Positions 23,334-27,901 of a DNA stretch of 27,901 nucleotides are shown here, in pieces (within the stretch, counting starts at the first letter, position 1; each line of letters opens with the position of its first letter). The stretch is from a virus (taxonomy: Duplodnaviria; Heunggongvirae; Uroviricota; Caudoviricetes): the IMG/VR virus record IMGVR_UViG_3300001765_000297, one strand, 5' to 3'. The notes under the pieces were generated by a model. The model searched no databases. It was not told where the DNA came from and saw only the letters and a program-made list of their open reading frames with translations. A program made the translations under genes and the position numbers.

Positions 23334-25013
23334 ATGAAACTCGTTAATATCATCAGTGAAGAACTTAATAAATTTATAGAAGGCGTAGGAGATAAATATG
23401 CCGAACGTAAATGGGGAATACCTGACGAAACCAGCAACAATACGTATAGACCCAAAGACGATTTAAACGGAGAATTTGCCGGAGAAGTATATGACGAATA
23501 TGGTAAGGTAATCTCAAAAATATACAAAAACCCCCGCAGCTTAAAAAACTTCGATAAAAACTGTAGAGCAGTTTCAGACTATCATGGAAATATTTTCGTG
23601 GGTCAATTAGATGGTGACTATTGGCATAACGCAATTGCAACCGCAGTTCAATACGGTGGCAAATTCCAACTTAGCTACGCCTACGATAATACAAGAAACC
23701 TAACCTGGCACAGAATAGAATCAACTGATGATTTTGGTTTAAGTATCTCTTCATATAAATATACTAGCATGCCTGAAAATCAGGAAGATGTGAAGGAAAG
23801 AATCGCTAGAGTAGAAGCAGTAAATCCTAGTTTTGAATTCATACCTAAATATTGGGAATACATAACAAGAGGTCAAATTGATAATGACGAAACAGCAGAC
23901 GAATTATCAATGATGGAAAGCATTGTTAATGAAGAAATACATGGTATCGTAGAAAATATTAGTGAATATAATCATACCGAATTTAAAGACGTAGATAATC
24001 CGGGCGTTTGGAACTTCCTAAGAAATAGAAGATTTAATGATGACGCTAATCGTGAATACCTCAAACTCTTTAAAGCAAAAGATGGGAAAGACTATGCAGT
24101 TAAGAAAATGATGAACGAACCAGTCTTCGAAGTCTATAACTATGAAAGACTTGTAGAAGTATTCGAAACTGGAGTAAATCAAATCCCACCCGATGCAGCT
24201 ATGCCTATCGCAAAAGCAGTATTCGATGTACAAAAAGATTTTTTTAGCGGATATAAACATAATCAAAGTATTAAGGTAGATACTAAATTCCAAAGATTAG
24301 GAATGGCAACTGCAATTACAGATTTTGCAGAAAATATATTCGGTCTCCCATATAAACCAACAGACCTACTTAGCGAACCAATGCAGGGCTTCGTGCAAAA
24401 TAGATTCAAGGAAGGCGTGGGAGATAAATATGCCGAACGTAAATGGGGAATTCCAGATGAAACTCGTAGCAATGTCGTAGCAGGTCAAGGCGTAAAAGCA
24501 AACCCAGATATGGGAGAATTAGTGGGAATAGTTTATAATTCAATTAATGGTCAGGCAATTACTAATGTCTATTTGAATCCCCGTAGCTTAAAAGAATTTG
24601 ATAAAAACGTTAGAGCAGTTAGCGATAGAAGCGGAAACCTATTTGTGGCACAATTCGATGGTTACTATAACCACGAGGGAATCGGTGACGCAGTTCTTGG
24701 CTATGGAAAACATAGTTTAAAATATGTCTATGATAATAACAACAATCTTACCTGGCATAGAATAGGAAATACAAATGAATTCGGTTTCAGCATTACTTCA
24801 ATAGATGCCGGAAATAAAGATTATTACTCAGTCGAAAACCAAGAAAATAGAAAGAGACTACTAGAATCTAAGAATCCAAACTTTACATTTACATTCAAAT
24901 ATTGGGAATACATAATTGATGGAGACCCATATGATGGTTATGAACTAGATAATAACTACGGCAGTGATAATGTGAATTACGATGATATGGATGACACATA
25001 CTACAAAAGCTAA
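23334..25013 (+). CDS. 559-aa protein: duplicated ~170-aa module flanking a GNAT-like segment
   Basis: EGVGDKYAERKWGIPDET...NPRSLK.FDKN.RAVSD...NLTWHRI...KYWEYI occurs twice; the central IKVDTKFQRLGMATAITDF resembles the acetyl-CoA-binding motif A. Confidence 0.85.
   Translation: MKLVNIISEELNKFIEGVGDKYAERKWGIPDETSNNTYRPKDDLNGEFAGEVYDEYGKVISKIYKNPRSLKNFDKNCRAVSDYHGNIFVGQLDGDYWHNAIATAVQYGGKFQLSYAYDNTRNLTWHRIESTDDFGLSISSYKYTSMPENQEDVKERIARVEAVNPSFEFIPKYWEYITRGQIDNDETADELSMMESIVNEEIHGIVENISEYNHTEFKDVDNPGVWNFLRNRRFNDDANREYLKLFKAKDGKDYAVKKMMNEPVFEVYNYERLVEVFETGVNQIPPDAAMPIAKAVFDVQKDFFSGYKHNQSIKVDTKFQRLGMATAITDFAENIFGLPYKPTDLLSEPMQGFVQNRFKEGVGDKYAERKWGIPDETRSNVVAGQGVKANPDMGELVGIVYNSINGQAITNVYLNPRSLKEFDKNVRAVSDRSGNLFVAQFDGYYNHEGIGDAVLGYGKHSLKYVYDNNNNLTWHRIGNTNEFGFSITSIDAGNKDYYSVENQENRKRLLESKNPNFTFTFKYWEYIIDGDPYDGYELDNNYGSDNVNYDDMDDTYYKS
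23388..24451 (+). repeat. Intragenic direct repeat (32-nt identical core)
   Basis: GGAGATAAATATGCCGAACGTAAATGGGGAAT at 23388-23419 and 24420-24451. Confidence 0.9.
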
Positions 25014-25113
25014 TACCAGACTTTAATTCTAAATTTTATTTTTAATATTTGCTTATCTGAATTATTATCTTTAGTTTTACATACTAAATATTTTAATCAC
25101 TAATCCTTAGTTT

Positions 25114-25779
25114 ATGTTAGTTCTTATAGCATGTGAAGAATCACAAACAATCTGCAAAGCATTCAGAAAAAATGGTCATGAAGCATATAGCAATGATATA
25201 CTAGACTGCACTGGCGGTCATCCGGAATGGCATCTTAAAATGGACTGCTTCGAAGCAATAGCATTAAAACCCTGGGACCTTATGATTGCACATCCTCCTT
25301 GCACATATCTAGCAGGTTCTGCAGTCCAATGGCTCTCAAATCCCGAAGATAAAGACTTGCCATTCGAACAAAGAAGACCACACCCTAAATATCCTAATAG
25401 AAGACAGGACATGCTAGACAGTGTGGAATTCGTAAAGAAACTTTATAATGCCGATATACCTAAGATTTGCATAGAAAACCCTGTGGGATTATTATCTTCA
25501 AAGTTTATGAAACCCACACAGATTATCCAACCTTGGATGTTTGGCGATGAAGCTACCAAAACAACTTGTCTGTGGTTAAAGAATCTGCCAGAACTCGTAC
25601 CAACTAAAATTGTAGGGAAAGGTGAAAGAACAGTTTTTGCAAGTGGTAAAAGTCATCCTAAATGGTATGCAGATGCTCTCGCAAGTGCAAGAACAAAAGA
25701 AGAAAGACAAAGCCTCAGAAGTAAAACCTTTCAGGGCATTGCAGATGCAATTGCTAATCAATGGGGAAAAGAAGCATAG
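25114..25779 (+). CDS. Phage C5 DNA cytosine methyltransferase-like protein (short type)
   Basis: VLIACEES, WDLMIAHPPCTYL (motif IV PC), IENPVG (motif VI), TCLWLKNLP, RSKTF.GIA.A.A.QWG. Confidence 0.8.
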   Translation: MLVLIACEESQTICKAFRKNGHEAYSNDILDCTGGHPEWHLKMDCFEAIALKPWDLMIAHPPCTYLAGSAVQWLSNPEDKDLPFEQRRPHPKYPNRRQDMLDSVEFVKKLYNADIPKICIENPVGLLSSKFMKPTQIIQPWMFGDEATKTTCLWLKNLPELVPTKIVGKGERTVFASGKSHPKWYADALASARTKEERQSLRSKTFQGIADAIANQWGKEA

Positions 25780-25992
25780 GACTCTGGGAAATATATGAAG
25801 AACATAAAATAAAATAGTAATACCACAACATAATAAAATAGTAATACATGGAAAAAGTAATGCTAGAATTAATTGAAGATTTTAAAAAACGGATACTATC
25901 AAGACTATAAAAGATTAGTCTTTAATATATTTTATCGCTGGAGAACTTATCCGGCAGTTGAAAATTAATATAACTCAAATAAATAATAACGT

Positions 25993-26358
25993 ATGGCATA
26001 TTTTGACTTTTTAATAGATAATGGTAACAAAAAACCAAAACCCATAGAGTATATCTATTTATTAGATATGGTTTGGACTCCCGATAAACTAGAAAGTAAA
26101 CCTATAGAAAGAGGAACAGTCGTAGTCGATGTTCAACAAAAAACAAATGGCGGTGGTTATCAATTCAAAAATAAAGAAACCCTTGAGGTTCTACATTCAA
26201 CCTATGGTTGGTCACTTGCCGAAAATACTGAAGAAAATCGAGAACGAATAAAAATATATGACAGAGAATATCAGATATTCCAAAAACATAAAAGAGAAGT
26301 TGATAAACTAAGAAATAGTATCGTTACCCTAAAACCAATAAAAAAATCCAGCATATGA
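25993..26358 (+). CDS. Hypothetical protein
   Basis: 121-aa ORF. Confidence 0.75.
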   Translation: MAYFDFLIDNGNKKPKPIEYIYLLDMVWTPDKLESKPIERGTVVVDVQQKTNGGGYQFKNKETLEVLHSTYGWSLAENTEENRERIKIYDREYQIFQKHKREVDKLRNSIVTLKPIKKSSI

Positions 26359-26708
26359 GAGAAGTATTATTAAAAGGTCTTAGCATTTCTGCACAGTATA
26401 AAGCAAGTCCGGAACATTGGGTAGGCGATGTTAATATCCATGTCTTCGAAGGCGGTATGGGAATGCAATCAAAGGTAATCGTAGGTGGAAATATAGAGAG
26501 AATAGAATACGATATCGAGAATATCGATGAAGCTATTCAATACTTTAATTCTAATGTCTTTACAGAAAAAAACCTAAGATATAAACATCTGGAAGCCATG
26601 CAGAATGTCTTAAAGGTTAGACCATATATCGATTTGGAAATAGATGAAGATAAGGAATTCTATGAGAAAGAAAGACAGTGGCTAATAAAGTTAGCAGGGT
26701 TTCAATAA
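26355..26708 (+). CDS. Hypothetical protein
   Basis: 117-aa ORF, ATGA overlap. Confidence 0.75.
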   Translation: MREVLLKGLSISAQYKASPEHWVGDVNIHVFEGGMGMQSKVIVGGNIERIEYDIENIDEAIQYFNSNVFTEKNLRYKHLEAMQNVLKVRPYIDLEIDEDKEFYEKERQWLIKLAGFQ

Positions 26709-26756
26709 AATCTAACATAAATAAAATCTTATTCAATATATCGAAATATTTAGTAT

Positions 26757-26954
26757 ATGAAATTCTATAAAGGAGATATAATACAAAAAAAGACAAGCGA
26801 AGATGGTCTGCCCCTTGAATACCATTGGTGTGCAGAACTACTTGGAGTTATTGTAGATACCGAGGTCGATAATTGCCACCTATGGTATAGACCACTGAGA
26901 AACCACGTGAAAAATTTTTTTGGGAAATTTTTGAACTCTAGAAATAGAGCATAA
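26757..26954 (+). CDS. Small hypothetical protein
   Basis: 65-aa ORF. Confidence 0.5.
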   Translation: MKFYKGDIIQKKTSEDGLPLEYHWCAELLGVIVDTEVDNCHLWYRPLRNHVKNFFGKFLNSRNRA

Positions 26955-27054
26955 GTACCTATTAGCCAGGATTTTGCTTTTATTTACTTAAAGTATTTGC
27001 TGATGTAAAAATTTTTTTAAAAAAAATCTGACTTCGTGGAGTTACTCATGTAGC

Positions 27055-27202
27055 ACCCACCCCCTCAAAACGCCCACCGGTGGGGGGTTCCAGGAGGGGG
27101 GCATACGGAGGGGTAACGGGGGGTTTATAGGGGGTATCTATGGGAGGGTTGATGGGAGGGCAACACAGGGGGTGTCCTTCTGTAAGTGCCGGCAGTAGGG
27201 GG
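27055..27202 (+). other. Strand-skewed G-rich island with G-quadruplex potential
   Basis: 11 runs of 3-6 G between 27082 and 27202; palindrome CCCACCGGTGGG at 27073-27084. Confidence 0.8.
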
Positions 27203-27258
27203 TTGTAGAGGCATGGTGTCTGGCAGTTAGACAACCACAAGCCATCTGACAATAAGGC

Positions 27259-27295
27259 ACAAAAAAAGACCTACATTTCTGCAAGTCTTTTTTGT
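27259..27295 (-). terminator. Terminator-like hairpin (potentially bidirectional)
   Basis: ACAAAAAAAGAC...GTCTTTTTTGT just downstream of the minus-strand stop at 27310. Confidence 0.6.
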
Positions 27296-27309
27296 TAGAT
27301 GGTTTCAGA

Positions 27310-27858
27310 TTATCCCACAATCTGATATTCAATTCCGTTCCAATGAAATTCCTTTACACTAGATAATTTCATGTACTGTACTGCGACTTTTTTTTCTGCG
27401 GGTTGGTTGTCGTATGACGTTGCAGAGGGCATGAAATCGAGCAGTATGTCTTTGGCTATCTGTTTGCCATCTGCAATAAAACTTTGCTCTCTGATGCTCA
27501 TTACCTTGTAAGGCATATAGAGTTTTGTTACATCGAGGTTTGCAAGGTCGGGCGTATAATCTTTATGACGTGCCAATGAACCTTGCATACGTCTTGCCCA
27601 AACGTGTTCCTGAGCCTCAAAATCCGCTTCAATTCCTTCTTTCTCGGCATTGCGATTAACTTGCCCCTCATAATCATAACCTAACTGAATGTTCAAATCT
27701 CTGCAATTTAATACCTTTGCAAAGGGGATTGGCAAACCCGTAGTACGGGATTTTTTGTTGAGTTTAGGCTCTGTTTGGCTCATTGCTTGAGCAAAAGTTG
27801 AACCTAAGATAGTCATTAATAACTGTGCAAATTCCAATGTGCTGATAAACTTTTTCAT
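27310..27858 (-). CDS. Hypothetical phage protein
   Basis: 182 aa; GYDYEGQVNRNAEKEG...W...HK segment; noticeably higher GC than neighbouring genes. Confidence 0.85.
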   Translation of the reverse strand: MKKFISTLEFAQLLMTILGSTFAQAMSQTEPKLNKKSRTTGLPIPFAKVLNCRDLNIQLGYDYEGQVNRNAEKEGIEADFEAQEHVWARRMQGSLARHKDYTPDLANLDVTKLYMPYKVMSIREQSFIADGKQIAKDILLDFMPSATSYDNQPAEKKVAVQYMKLSSVKEFHWNGIEYQIVG

Positions 27859-27901
27859 AAGTTTTTGTTTTAGATATTCTGCTTAATTGCGGAATATGAT
27901 T

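Noticed and set aside
149-25761. Other short antisense or alternate-frame track ORFs (e.g. 149-394, 2494-2697, 8395-8978, 11549-11878, 21346-22086, 23264-24472, 25218-25761)
   Set aside because: Nested in better-supported genes, with no motifs and unnatural composition.
27046-27332. Pro-rich minus-strand ORFs 27046-27252 and 27138-27332
   Set aside because: Proline content is a by-product of the G runs; no start context.
1-27901. Genome-wide UAG reassignment (genetic code 15)
   Set aside because: Coding density is already high under code 11, long ORFs (340-559 aa) need no TAG readthrough, and several genes end cleanly at TAG. Recoding elsewhere in the genome cannot be excluded from this window.

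Overview
AT-rich (roughly 30% GC by eye), gene-dense, mostly + strand segment. It reads as part of a large dsDNA phage of a Bacteroidota host. That is inferred from many short hypothetical ORFs, a Bacteroidota-type bL12 and TAnnTTTG promoters; no capsid, terminase or portal gene is in the window. The left end holds a translation/tRNA toolkit: a compact RNase P RNA (592-882), ribosomal protein bL12, and an amber-suppressor tRNA(CUA) (4010-4082). These are followed by a serine recombinase, a PTH2-fold gene with an in-frame TAG at codon 10 (4685-5035, missed by the ORF track) and a TAG-interrupted leader peptide ending Arg-Pro-Pro-stop (5347-5382). The rest of the window uses TAG as an ordinary stop, so this looks like a targeted amber-readthrough switch rather than genome recoding. 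The middle encodes nucleotide-metabolism enzymes (dNMP kinase, HAD nucleotidase, metallophosphoesterase, GMP reductase/IMPDH family), a nucleotidyltransferase and a frameshifted HNH-like gene. A ~860-nt minus-strand non-coding unit (17527-18412) contains three tRNA-like elements with intact acceptor/D/T arms but broken anticodon arms, repeated spacer motifs and boxA-like sites. The right end has a 559-aa internally duplicated protein, a C5 methyltransferase-like gene and a strand-skewed G-rich island. Two phage-type promoter motifs recur across the window. All family calls are by motif recognition only; no database search was run.
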